Below are positions 40,245 through 51,312 of a stretch of DNA of 64,000 nt, piece by piece (within the stretch, counting starts at the first letter, position 1; each line of letters starts with the position of its first letter). Source of the stretch: Lama glama (taxonomy: Eukaryota); assembly GCA_028534125.1 (NCBI GenBank), contig CM052816.1, positions 8,930,001 through 8,994,000 on the forward strand. The letters are read 5' to 3'. The notes under the pieces were generated by a model. That model was given only the letters and a program-made list of their open reading frames with translations, ran no database searches and was not told where the DNA came from. A program made the translations under genes and the position numbers.

Positions 40245-42350
40245 AGGCTTCTCTCTAACCCTTTTATTTTGAAAAATGTGCATGGTTCAGCCTCTTCCCA
40301 CATCACTCATTTCTACTCACACTAGAAACAACAGAAAGACACAAGTCTGAGTTGAAGTTATGTGCTTTTATGGGGAACAAAAATACCCAACAACTGTAAC
40401 AAAAGCCCTTCAGTCTTGCCAAGTTCTAAACCAGTGATAATGAGGCAGTTTCAATGACTGTCTGGCTGGGGACATTTCTAAAGGGGTCACAGGACAGTTG
40501 AAAGACATTGGCCAAAAAGAGAAGTTGCAGAGAGGGTTGACATTTTAAATGAAAGCATATTAGATCTCCCTTCTGGCCCCTCATCCTATCACCCTTTGAA
40601 GTTACAGTTTCCTCCCAGTTTGCAAAGATCCTTCCTGAACTTTGCTCGAATGCAGTCTCTTCCAGAAAGCTTTCCTTGGTCGGCATCAACTGCATCGGCC
40701 TTCTCAGTAATGTCACACTTTCTCATGCTTTCTCCTATCCCTTTGTGCCTCACATCCATCATGTCTGTGTATGTGCCGTATGATACCCATGTTCGTAGGC
40801 ATGCCCAGCAGAATGGGCCCTATGTTGATCATCCCAGTATTTCCATCTCCCTCCCCCATTCAGTGCTCAGTATACAGCAGGTGCTCAGCATCAGCAGGTG
40901 CTCAGTGAGGGTTTGTTGAGTTGAAGTCAGTTCTACATTTGCCACATGACATCACCAGCCTCTTGAGAGCTACAATTGTCATTTCCACTTCTTCATCCTT
41001 CCTCCATGACTTCCATGGTCTGACTCAGGGCATCTCCAGGAAGGAACCTACCCCACCAACCATACCAACTCATGGTTGCAGGTTTGGCTAGAGGAGGTGA
41101 GAAGGTTAAGCTTTCACCCCTGTGCCAGAAGGCAAGGAGGCAGGAAAGGCAGCCACTGGGGAAATTAGGATGACCGTGAGTGGTGTTGGTCAGTGCTCCA
41201 TTTTGGAATCTCACAGGCAGCCATTCTTCCAAAAGTTTCCTCCATGAACCATGGCCAACTTTGCAGTGGGAGCCAAGGACTAGTGGGGGTCTGGTTGGGT
41301 TTTTCTGCCAGCCTGGGGACCAGCAGACATAGACCAAGAGCCTTTCTTTAGGACATGGCCTATATTACCTTTGAGGGGGTGTGTGTTAGAGGTTGTCTGT
41401 CTAGTTGTTCAGTTGGAGCTGTGGTGGGAACAGTAGCCCTGTGGTGAGTTGTCAGGCACATAGATTGTAGTAAGGCTGAAGAATACAGGCTGTGATAATG
41501 GGCCTCTCCTCCAAAGGGGGTGGGATCAGGAGGGTCAGGATAGTGAGGGAGGGTCCCAAGAGGTCCTGCGGCTCCAACTCTGTCTCCTGCTCCCTCCCTC
41601 TGGTTCTCCACGTGGGGGCCAGGCAAGGGGCCATTGGAGGTAATGTGTGGGGAAGGGAAGTGCTTGTTGTTTTCCTACCATGAGTCACAGATTTGGATCA
41701 GAGGTGAGAATCAAGGGCAGAAGGAGGACTGAAGAGGTGAGAAGCCAAGGCCCTCTCCACTTCTGTTTCCTTCTGTAACGAGTGGATGTGAGGCCCACAC
41801 TCACAGCTGCGTCACCCCCAGAGAGCACTGAGGTCCTAGTAGGGGCGATGAGAAAATTCTTCACAGGCTCTCAAAGGTGCTCAGTGACTTGGGGAGAACT
41901 CTGGATCCTCCCGTGGGAGGGCCCCTCTGGGGCCAATAAGGTATGAGAAGTGCGTGGTCAGCATCCTCCCTGGAGACTGGGGGGAAAGAGCCGAGGAGAA
42001 GAGAGACTCCTTCAGGCACCTCTTTTAGGAAAGAGAGTTGGACCTTGGGGAACTCAGGACAGATGTTTCAATATAAAAAGGCTCCCCAGTAAAAGGCTGG
42101 GAGTCCCCTCAGATCCCTTCCCCAAACCCATTGCACTTAGAAAAGAGAAAGTAAGGAGCATAAAAAAATCTTGATGACGTGGGCTTGCCTGACGGTACAG
42201 AAAGCAAGTCTCATGGCAGGCAGTGAGTCCCGATACACAGGAGAGGATTATACCGAGCTTCAGGATAGAGGTTTTATATCTCTAGCTCTATCTCTAGTTT
42301 TATATACATAGATCTTTATACAAATGCATATGTATTTATAGAGCCTCTGC
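40245..42350 (-). other. ABLIM3: Putative ABLIM3 3' UTR (~2.1 kb)
   Basis: Repeat-poor sequence after the stop codon, ending near an AATAAA; the 3' end is inferred. Confidence 0.6.
40263..40268 (-). terminator. Candidate ABLIM3 polyadenylation signal AATAAA
   Basis: TTTATT on plus strand; GT/T-rich element (CTTGGCCTTGGTTTCTCTTTCTGG) about 35-55 nt downstream on minus strand. Confidence 0.55.
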
Positions 42351-42464
42351 CTAGAACAGCCGGGCTTGCTTCTTTAGTTCATTCCTCTTCCAGAGGGCCA
42401 GCCGGTCAAACTCAGAGATGGTCATACCGAAGACTTGGTAGAACTCTTCCTGGGACAGGTGGCG
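42351..42464 (-). CDS. ABLIM3: ABLIM3 last coding exon, villin headpiece C-part ([37 protein letters not shown])
   Basis: Canonical headpiece C-terminus [13 protein letters not shown]; TAG stop at 42351-42353. Confidence 0.98.
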   Translation of the reverse strand, partial: RHLSQEEFYQVFGMTISEFDRLALWKRNELKKQARLF

Positions 42465-44605
42465 CTGAAAGGAGGTGGGAGGAGACAGAGAGGGAAGAAC
42501 TTGAGGATGTGAGGTGCAGGAGTGGCCCGGGGGAGGGGAGGCGGCTTACTTACACCCAGAACGGCCGTCTTCTGTTTTCCACGTCTCTTGTGCTGAGAAG
42601 CCCGCTGCCACCCCACCCCTAGTTTCATGTATAGTTCTGGCTATTTGACTTCCCATAAACAATATATTGCACATAAACACGCATACACAATATACTCCTT
42701 ATTTTTGATGGAGCTTTGTTCTTTTAAATTAGCCTCATCATGCTCAGTAACTGGCTGGCGTTGCCTGGGAGGAATGTGCCCTTAGCTGAAAAAATGAAGC
42801 AGGTCCTAAGTGGAACTAATGACTGGACATTAGCAGCTCTCTGCACGTTTGTAGCTGAACAGCAAGTTCTTTCTTTCAGACTGATCCAAGTGACATACCT
42901 CCATGGCTGTCATACCTTCCACAGACCTTAATTCATCTACACATCCTCATGGCATTGTGCTTGGCTGATGTCAGTGTCCTGCCTCATAGATGTAGTGTGT
43001 CACAACCAGAAGTGACCCTGGCACCACCCACCAGTCATTTCCAAGATATGTCCCTGGTTACCCTGGGTCCTTCATCAGGGTGCCTTGTGATCACTGTGGG
43101 AGTCAGAAAGGAAGGGGCAGCAGCTCCGGGCCTTCCAGCCCTGCTGCCAAACACGGTGGCTTCGCATGCTTGTGCAAGAGATAAAGGCTTTCAGGTACTA
43201 TTCAGTTAAAAAAATTGCCCCTACACATTTGCCCCTTCTCTTTCTTCTCTGACCAGTGTACAGTGGTCCTAAATAGGAGGAGGAGGAGGTGGCTTCCTTC
43301 ACTGCTAGCCCAGCATGCTAGAGCTGGAAGGACTCGCAGAGCTTCCTGGCCTCCTGATCCACTCGCATCCCCTTCCTAAGGCCTCCTCTGCTCAGGTCAG
43401 GGGTGGTTGATATGCTTCTCCCAAGAACTGCTGAGCTTCCTCTCTTATGAGCCTGCATTCAATTCCACAAACATCTCCTGACACCTCCCCTAGTCCAGGC
43501 TCTGTGGTAGATGGCAGACAACGTGTCACACACAGGAAATGGATGGATACAAAGGAGAGGGTAAGGTGGTAGGTCTGTGCTCTGGACACAGGGCTGCGGG
43601 AGCCTGGCGGAAGAGGTGAGCAACAACCTGGGGGAGGCTTTGGGGTACCGGCATCACTAGAATGCAGCCCCGAGCAGTGAGCAGGCTGGCAAAGTGGCAA
43701 GGGTGTCTGTAGGGAAAGGCACGAGGGTGGAAAGGGCAGGGTGTGCTCCTGGAATCCATGTAACCAGGGACCAGAACTCCACCCAAGTGGGCTTGATGGC
43801 TCCAGAGCCCAATGCCACGCCCAGGCCACCTCTGTGCCTTCTTTACACTGCTCCCACTGCTCTCGATGCTTTCCTTCCTCTCTTTATCCATCTAAACCCA
43901 CCTCCCCTTCCCTTCAAAATCTATCCAAATCCTTCCTCTTCCTGGAAGCCTGTGTCAACCCACCCAGCCTTTGTGGTCTTCTCTGAATAACAGCAATGAA
44001 ACATTCCTGGAGAACTTTCTATTCAGCACACTGCCAGGCTCTGTGTCAAGGGCTCTGTGTGTATTGTCTCATGTATGTCATTTGGCAGCTTGGGGGAAGC
44101 ATGACAATCACCCGCTTTACAGAGGAGAGAACTGCTTGGTGAGGTGGTCACGTGGCCAAGCCGTTCTCCCTAGGGATGCAGCATCACGGCTGGAAGCTAG
44201 GGAGTCTGGCTCCAGACTTATGTGTTTACGCTACACAGCGCTGTCCCCATCCTTCCCCCACCACAGGTACTGGTTTTCTATACAGTCCTGCATAATTATC
44301 AGTCAGACTGCAGGCCCTTGAGGGCGGGAACCAAATCTAGCTCTCTTACGTCTGCAGAAGCATCAGCCCCCGATGGGGACACACTGTAGCTGTGCACCAC
44401 AGAAGCTAACTGAATTGAGGAGGCTGCATGGAACATCATGGAACAGTCTTGGACTAAGGAAACCAGGTTGGAGTCTCTGCTTTTTCAGTAAGCTGCATGG
44501 CCTTAATGCCATTCATTCTGCCTGCCCCTCCCAAGCTGGGTTAGATTAGGCAATTTCTGGAATTGCTTCAATCCCAGAGGCTCACGCTCAGTTCTCTAAA
44601 CTTAC

Positions 44606-44686
44606 CTCTAGACGTGTCCGGTCCACATCCTTGGGCAGTCGGTTTCTTCCTCTTGTGGTCACCAGCAGCAGTTCATAAGGGTAGAT
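44606..44686 (-). CDS. ABLIM3: ABLIM3 coding exon, villin headpiece N-part (IYPYELLLVTTRGRNRLPKDVDRTRLE), 81 nt
   Basis: Headpiece LPKDVDRTRLE motif; CAG acceptor, GTAAGT donor. Confidence 0.97.
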
Positions 44687-45204
44687 CTGAAGAGAGAGGG
44701 GGGGTGTTTGCTGGTTGGGTGACAGTGGTGGGCTTGTCTCTTCAGATGTATTTTGTGTCTGGGCCCCCTCCTCTATCCAGAAATGGCCAGAGGTTGAAGT
44801 CTGGAGGAAGGGCTGAGTTTGTCCTCTTTGGGGTTTCCTGGCAGCCCCAAGGTACCGTCTCCCAAAACACAAGGTGCCAGAGTCCTCAAATACTGCCCGG
44901 GATTACCTTGTGGCTTCTGGCCTTAATGTGAGCACAGGGGTGCCTGAATGTAAATGTCTCGTATCTGTGATTGACAAGCCTCCAGAAAGTCTCTGAGGCC
45001 TCGGGGGAAACTGTCTGATTTCAGGAAGCAAGAGACGTAGGGCAGAATTTAGGGAAAGTAGGCCAAGGAGGGACTGGAAATGCTAGTCCTGAGAGGACCC
45101 TTGGGGTTATTTATTGATATTCCCTTCCCTGCCTGGATGGGGCTGTCGTCTTTCTGCTGGTCCCAGAGTCCCAGAGACACCCAGGGTCTATGTATCTTCT
45201 TTAC

Positions 45205-45212
45205 CTTGTACT
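45205..45212 (-). CDS. ABLIM3: ABLIM3 8-nt micro-exon (AGTACAAG; E/YK), phase 1-0
   Basis: Minus strand reads tctcttctctctctacag|AGTACAAG|gtaaag; needed to bridge the phase-1 upstream exon and phase-0 downstream exon and gives the recalled GMREYKIYPY. Confidence 0.9.
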
Positions 45213-45916
45213 CTGTAGAGAGAGAAGAGACACACACACAGTAGAAACCATCAGTCTTTGCTTTGTGTCACTACACTGGCCTCTGCCACAGAGACCCTGT
45301 CCTTAATGAATTCACCCCAAATCAAGGCTGGTATGAACACAATAGAAAAAGGGATTGGGCTGAACCAGAGGTGTATTTTTAGGGGCAGTATGACTTTTGA
45401 GATACTTAGAATATAAATAAGAACAGTCTGAGACTGTGAAACACATGGGTGAGACCCTTCATCGTCTGGAGGGAGTCCTCCAGGGTTTGACGTGGGCCCG
45501 CTTTCCTGCCTGAGCCTGCTTGTAGGAGCTGGCGGAGGCTGGTGGGAGAGCATCACTGGCAGAGAGCATGAAGCTCATGGAATTTTTGCTGGGAACACAG
45601 TGCATCTGGCTCTGAGTGTTTCCCTCCACACGAGGCTGGCAGGCAGCTCTAGCTCAGCAGTCCTGGGAGAACAGCCCTCTGTGATGACGCTGGGAACCCA
45701 GATGGGGCAGATGGCCTGGAGATCACCCGAGGCCAGGGACTTGAGAGGACGAGGGAAGAGCAAGGGAAAGGGAGGGAACAGGAAGGGAAAGGGAGGGGAA
45801 CTCAGAGTTTGGACAGAGCCCAGCTTGAGGCCAGTGTCGTTTGCTGGTCACCCGCAGTTACGAGCAGTGCATCATAACAAGGGCCCTCTGAAGCCCCAGG
45901 AGAGGCCGGCACTCAC

Positions 45917-45977
45917 CTCGCATGCCCCAGTTGACGGCGTTCATGCTGTCATAGTGGAACAGGTCAGCGCTGGGTGT
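45917..45977 (-). CDS. ABLIM3: ABLIM3 coding exon (TPSADLFHYDSMNAVNWGMR/E), 61 nt, phase 0-1
   Basis: Translation match; CAG acceptor, GTGAGT donor. Confidence 0.95.
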
Positions 45978-47414
45978 CTGCAGGGGAGACAGAGACCAGG
46001 GTTGTTCTGAGGCAGGCCCACCTCTGCCTCCCTCAAGTACTCATGTGTTCCAGAAAATGGACTGGGCCTGGTGGGACACAGGGCCCTCTCAGAAGCCTCT
46101 GTCTCAAGTTGGGGGATATTTAATTTACTCCCATACCCCTAGTGCCTAGGCCTTGCACACAGTAGGCACTCAATAAATGTTCATTTATTGGTGAGTTACA
46201 GCTCATGCTTTCTTTCATTACTCAAGTATCCCCCCTTTTTTCTGAGACTGTCTTGACAACCCTGTCTGAAACTGTCAGTCGCCCCTCCCTCGACTCCCAG
46301 TCCCTCTTATCCTGCTCAGCTTCCTCCCTTTCTTCCCCAGCACTTCCTACCTTCTGTGTAAGCTGACTTGTATGCTGTTTACTACTTGCTTTCTGTTTCT
46401 CCCTGCAAGAATTTAAGCTCCAAAGGTCTTTGTTTTGTTTGGTCATTGAGGTACTCCAAGCACCCAGAGCAGTGCCCAGCGTACATAACAGGCTTTCAGT
46501 AAACACCCGTTCATGAGCGCACGTCTAGGCCCTGGGTGTGTGGGGCACGGGGCCTGTGTGCTCCTCGACGGGGGTGGACGCAGGGCGTTCACACCAGCCA
46601 TTGCGCTCTCGTGGAGCTCTGATCCCTTTTGTGTGCTCAACACTAATACTGTCTCTTAACAAGTCTGCCACTTCTGTTCCTCTGCAGTGTCTCCTCTACA
46701 TGACAGGTTTTCAATGGGAGGAGCTGGAACATGAACTCTACGGGAGCAGATTTATTCACTGCAGGACGCTCAGCACCCAGAACAGTGCCTGGCACTTAGT
46801 GGGTACTCAGTAAATAAACGCCTGTCTCAGTGTGCCTGCCCTTCACCCCATCACTTGTCTAGCCACATAGCTGCTTCTTTTTCCAACAAGACATATTTTT
46901 CTTTCCCATCCAGTCCTTAAACCAACTCACAGCTTCCATGGGGGTCTTACGCCACAGGCCATCAAACAGCTCAGAAGGCTCCAAGCCTTGGCAGGTGAGT
47001 GGAACCGGCAGTCAGGTGTGGGCTGTGGGGGCAGCTGGCCAGGGCTCGCATCCTGCCTCTGCACTTACTAGGAATGAGAGCTTAAGCAGGTCACTGCACC
47101 TACTTCTCTATGCCTCCATTTCTTCATCCACAAAATAGGGTTAATAAAAATAGTAACAACCTTGCAGGGTTACAGTGAGTGAGTGCCTGTAAAGGGCTGG
47201 GCACACAGTCGTGGTGCCAGAAGTACCAGGTGCTCCGAGCCCCTCCCGTGGGGGCTCACAGGGAGGACGGCAGTCGTGGCCTCGGGGTTCTTTTGTTAGT
47301 GCACGTCTAACCCCGAGGCCTCTGCCCGGCTTTCATCCACAAGTCATCAATCATAAGCTAGTGCTGGAATTGTGAACCTCTGGAGGACAGTGCCCCCAGC
47401 ACAGCCCCTCTTAC

Positions 47415-47473
47415 CCTGTGCAGCCCATTTCTTCTGTAGGCAGGCAGGGAGGCAGATTTGGAGAGGAGGGGAT
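47415..47473 (-). CDS. ABLIM3: ABLIM3 coding exon (D/PLLSKSASLPAYRRNGLHR), 59 nt, phase 1-0
   Basis: Family SKSASLPxYxRNGLHR motif; TTTTCAG acceptor, GTAAGA donor. Confidence 0.96.
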
Positions 47474-48052
47474 CTGAAAAGAAGGAGCCAAGATAATTAC
47501 CAGGAGCCCCAAACCAGGGTTACCTCTCTCTCAGGTCATCTGGCTGCAAGTGGCCAATGTTCCTCCCCAACCCTGTGGGAAGGGCCATGGACAGAGGCCA
47601 CCAGCTCCTTCCACTGCTCTCCAGACTTGCAAGTGACCATCTTGAAGGTGCCTCACCCTGGCAGAATTCTCAGCCCACCCGTTCACACAGTCTTCTGGCC
47701 TTAACCTGCACGCATGTATCCCATGGTGGGCCCATGTGTCCTGACCGCAAGGTGGCTCTGAACAAAGGCCCCAGAACTGGAGCTGAGCTCAGAACTCAGG
47801 CAGGCAGGCCCTCATGTGGGTGGAAGAGGCATGTGCTCTTTCACTCTGGGAGCTGTTGGGCTTGGCAACCTTGGTTCCAGAACCAAAGATTGAGGCCCAC
47901 TCTCTGACAAACACAATGGGGTGCACTATTTTGGATAAGGACTGTGCTGGGACATCCATGTTGTATGTCATACAGCTAAGAGGGACCTGCAGCTGACTCA
48001 GCTCTGGCCCTCCCAGGACATGTGGGCTGAAAGTAGGGTGGGCAGAACTTAC

Positions 48053-48082
48053 CGCTATCAGCCAGGTAGTGGGACCGAGGGG
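48053..48082 (-). CDS. ABLIM3: ABLIM3 30-nt coding exon (S/PRSHYLADS/D), phase 1-1
   Basis: TTTTGCAG acceptor, GTAAGT donor; translation match. Confidence 0.93.
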
Positions 48083-48199
48083 CTGCAAAAGAGAAGCCAG
48101 AGATGAGTGTTCATGGAGACACAGACATGGCTCCGTACCTGGGCCACTCAGGCTGGCAGGGCGGGGGGGGGGGTGGTCCGCCTTCAGTACTTCCTCTCC

Positions 48200-48321
48200 C
48201 ACTGGGCACTTACTAATTGTGGCACCTGCACCCCACCTCCCTCCCCGCCCAGCTTGTACCCCAGCACCTGCACCAGGGAGGGAGGTGGGGTGCAGGTGCC
48301 ACAATTAGTAAGTGCCCAGTG
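48200..48321. repeat. Perfect inverted repeat, 46-bp arms (48200-48245 and 48276-48321) with 30-nt spacer
   Basis: Arms checked base by base as exact reverse complements. Confidence 0.97.
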
Positions 48322-49363
48322 CTCAGTGATACTTGTTGCACAGATGCCACTGAATGGAGCTGAATTTTGAGCAGCACTGGTGCACTGCTCAGAGCCCAGA
48401 GCCAGGGGTTGAAAACAGTGCCCCTCAGTGGTCAAACAGGGAAATAGCTCATCAGTTCATCTCAGCTCTGCCATTAATAGATACCCAACTTCAGGCAGGT
48501 AAACCATGCCTCATTTTCTTATCTGTAAAATGGGAAAGGATAGGGGCTCCTTTAGAGGGTTATTGTGAAGAATATATGATACAATACGGTAAGGCCCTTA
48601 GCAGAGTGCCCAAGAGATACAACCCTCAGTAAAACCGGCTTTGTCATCACCGTCATCACACCACTCTCATCCTTGATCTCACCTAGAGTCAGGGTGCAGC
48701 ACAGCAAAGAGGGAAAAGCTTACGGCCTTGGAGTCCCTCTGACTTGGGTCTGATCCTGGCTCAGCCACTGACTGGCTTTCTAACTTTAGGCAAGAGGCTT
48801 AACCTCAGGTCTCTCATCTACAAAGGGGGTGATAATAATCCCTCTACACTGTGGTTCTTTGTGAGGACAGAGGGTGATAATGTGCCTGGCACACAGGATT
48901 ATAATAAACGGTACCTTTTATTATCCATCAAGTATTGACTGTTAGGATTTCCTGGCAGGACTGAATCCCACAGGAGTAAGAAAGAGGGGAGGCAGGCAGA
49001 CCACAGGAACAGGGAGGAGCTTACAAAGAGAGACTCGGGAAAAGTGCTTGAACCAAGCCTCTGCTTGTATGCCTCCAGTGATAGGAGGCTCAGTGTTTCA
49101 AAGGGCAGCCCCTTTTATTTTTGAGCCATTCAGACTGTTAGAAGCGGTTTTTCTTTCCATGGAAACTGCTTGGAAGTCACAGCTTCAGGTGACCCGAAGA
49201 AGAAACTTCTCAGGACGGAGCATGGGCTTATTTAGTGCCCCATACAGCCCCTCACCCGTCTGTTTTAGACCCTGGCGAGGCTGTAGGAGGTCCGATTCAC
49301 CGATGGAAGAACTGATGGGGAAGAAGGTGCCCCCGCCCCGGCTGGCTCAAGGGCAGCACTCAC

Positions 49364-49511
49364 AGCCGTCGAGGGACATCTCGTAGCCAGCTGTGTGCAG
49401 GGCCTCCCGGCTGCTGGTGGAGCTCCGGGGCGGGGTCCAGGGATCCGCGTAGGAGCTAGACCGGGCCTTCATCTCTTCCTTCAGAATTAGCCGGCCAATT
49501 CCGCTCTGGAG
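49364..49511 (-). CDS. ABLIM3: ABLIM3 coding exon (LQSGIGRLILKEEMKARS...AGYEMSLDG/S), 148 nt, phase 0-1
   Basis: Family SGIGRLILKEEM motif; CAG acceptor, GTGAGT donor. Confidence 0.97.
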
Positions 49512-49859
49512 CTGAGGAGGAGCAAGACGAAGTTAGAAGGAAGCAAGGAATGCGGAGATGGAGCAGGCTTAGGAAAGGCTGAGGGACCAGACTCTCCATG
49601 GTGAACCTCTGGAATTTTCTGCCTTCCCCGTGTCCCTCTCTCCTGCAGCATTTTCCTTTGGGGGACTTCATTTCTCTCCCACAAGTAGTCCTGTGGTCAG
49701 GGGGTGCTCTGGTGGTGGGCACAGAATTCAGGCCTGGCCAACAACAGCACCACTGTGGCCGCAGTGATGGGTTCAACGCTGGGCAGATGGCTTCAGCCAG
49801 GCCAGTGAGAGCCTTCCTGGGACTCTTTGTTGGAGTTGCTGGCACCCATGTTTTTAAAA

Positions 49860-50926
49860 AAGATTTTTTGGTTGAGGTGACACTCACATAATATAAAATT
49901 AACCATTTTAAAGGTGAACAAACTACAGTGGCATTTAGTATTCATGATATTGTGCAACCACCACCTCTAGCTAGTTCCAAATCACTGTTATCACCCCAAA
50001 AGAAGACCCTCTACCCATCAAGTGGTCACTCCACTTTTCCCTCTCCTCCCAGGCCCTGGTAATCACCTATCTGTCCTGTCTCTGTGGCTTTACCTATTCT
50101 AGGTATTTCATGTGAATGGAGCCATACAATACACGGGGCTTCCTGGCTGGCTTCTTTCACTAAGCACAATGTTTTCAGGGTTCATCCACATTGTCGCATG
50201 CTATCAGCACTCCATTCCTTTTTATAGCTGAGTAATATTCTGTCAGATGGATATACCACATTTTCTTTTTTCATTTGTGAGTTGATGGACATCTGGGCTG
50301 ATTCTACCTTTTGTGAGTAGTGCTCCTGTGAACCTGTGCATACAGCTTTCAGGTCTCCTGGGTATATACCTAGGAGTGGAATTGATGGATCTATGAACAA
50401 AGAATGTCATCTGCCCTATCAGTAAACAAAGGGTGTCGCAGCCATCAAGCCATCATCCTCTGCAGCCACCCCCCAAAGGTGCACCCTGAGGAGATTCAGG
50501 ATGGAGCGAAACTGGATACTGGCCCTAGGCAGTTAAGGTGCACATCAAAGGGAGGATTTTAGTGAGCCCAGACTCTTGCATCTTCCCATACATAGCAAAG
50601 TGCTAAGTTCATTAATTTGAGATGTCTGGTTTTTCTTTAATTAGCAGCAATCTTTTGATGTTTGACTACCTGTATTCCCCCCCCCCCCAAAACTCCTGTA
50701 TATCTGGTTCCTCCCTTACCTCTTTGGAGCAGTCCCTCAGAGCTATCTGAGAGGCTGTCTTCTGGGCTTAAGTGCTCAGTATGTCTGCTGAATAAAATAT
50801 AATTCTCAACTTTCAGGTTGTGCATTTTTTTTTGATCGACAGTTTCTACAGTAATTCTGTTTAACTATTTGAAGAACCACAAATTCTCCGTCAGCAACTG
50901 CACCACTATCCACTTCCACCGACAGT
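49860..50926 (-). mobile_element. Old L1M (L1MB-like) 3' fragment interrupted by an LTR
   Basis: [11 protein letters not shown] remnant; L1 sequence breaks at ~50391 and resumes at ~50850 (gtaattctgtttaactatttgaagaac). Confidence 0.75.
50392..50841 (+). mobile_element. ERV1-type solo LTR (~450 bp), antisense to ABLIM3
   Basis: Ends ...GATCGACA; AATAAA at 50791-50796; cleanly splits an L1 fragment; family not determined. Confidence 0.7.
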
Positions 50927-51247
50927 GCCACTGCAGGAGTCGCGCAGGAGGAGTCGCTGGCACCCACTGACCAGCATGAGAAGAACCTGCCTAAGCATGA
51001 AGTCAACACTGAGGCAAGCCAGCACAAGAGCAGGGAGAGACAATTTCCCTGTGGCAATTTGTTGAGCAGCTGGATCAAGTGGTACCTGAAGCTAATCCTA
51101 CCATTTGACTTTTCATTTATGCCAAATTTTTGCATTTTCTTTTTCTATCATCAGTGGGTTTGAATTTGGTCTCTGTCACTCACAAATGAAAAAAATACTC
51201 AGTAACATATCATCGAAGCACCTTATTCAGTGGTGTGGCCTGCTTAC

Positions 51248-51312
51248 CTTGTGCATGCTGCGGTCAAAATCGTCCTCCTCTCCTCCAGATGAGAACCTTC
51301 TGGCTCGGGGCA
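51248..51312 (-). CDS. ABLIM3: ABLIM3 coding exon (V/PRARRFSSGGEEDDFDRSMHK), 65 nt, phase 1-0
   Basis: Translation match; CAG acceptor, GTAAGC donor. Confidence 0.95.
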
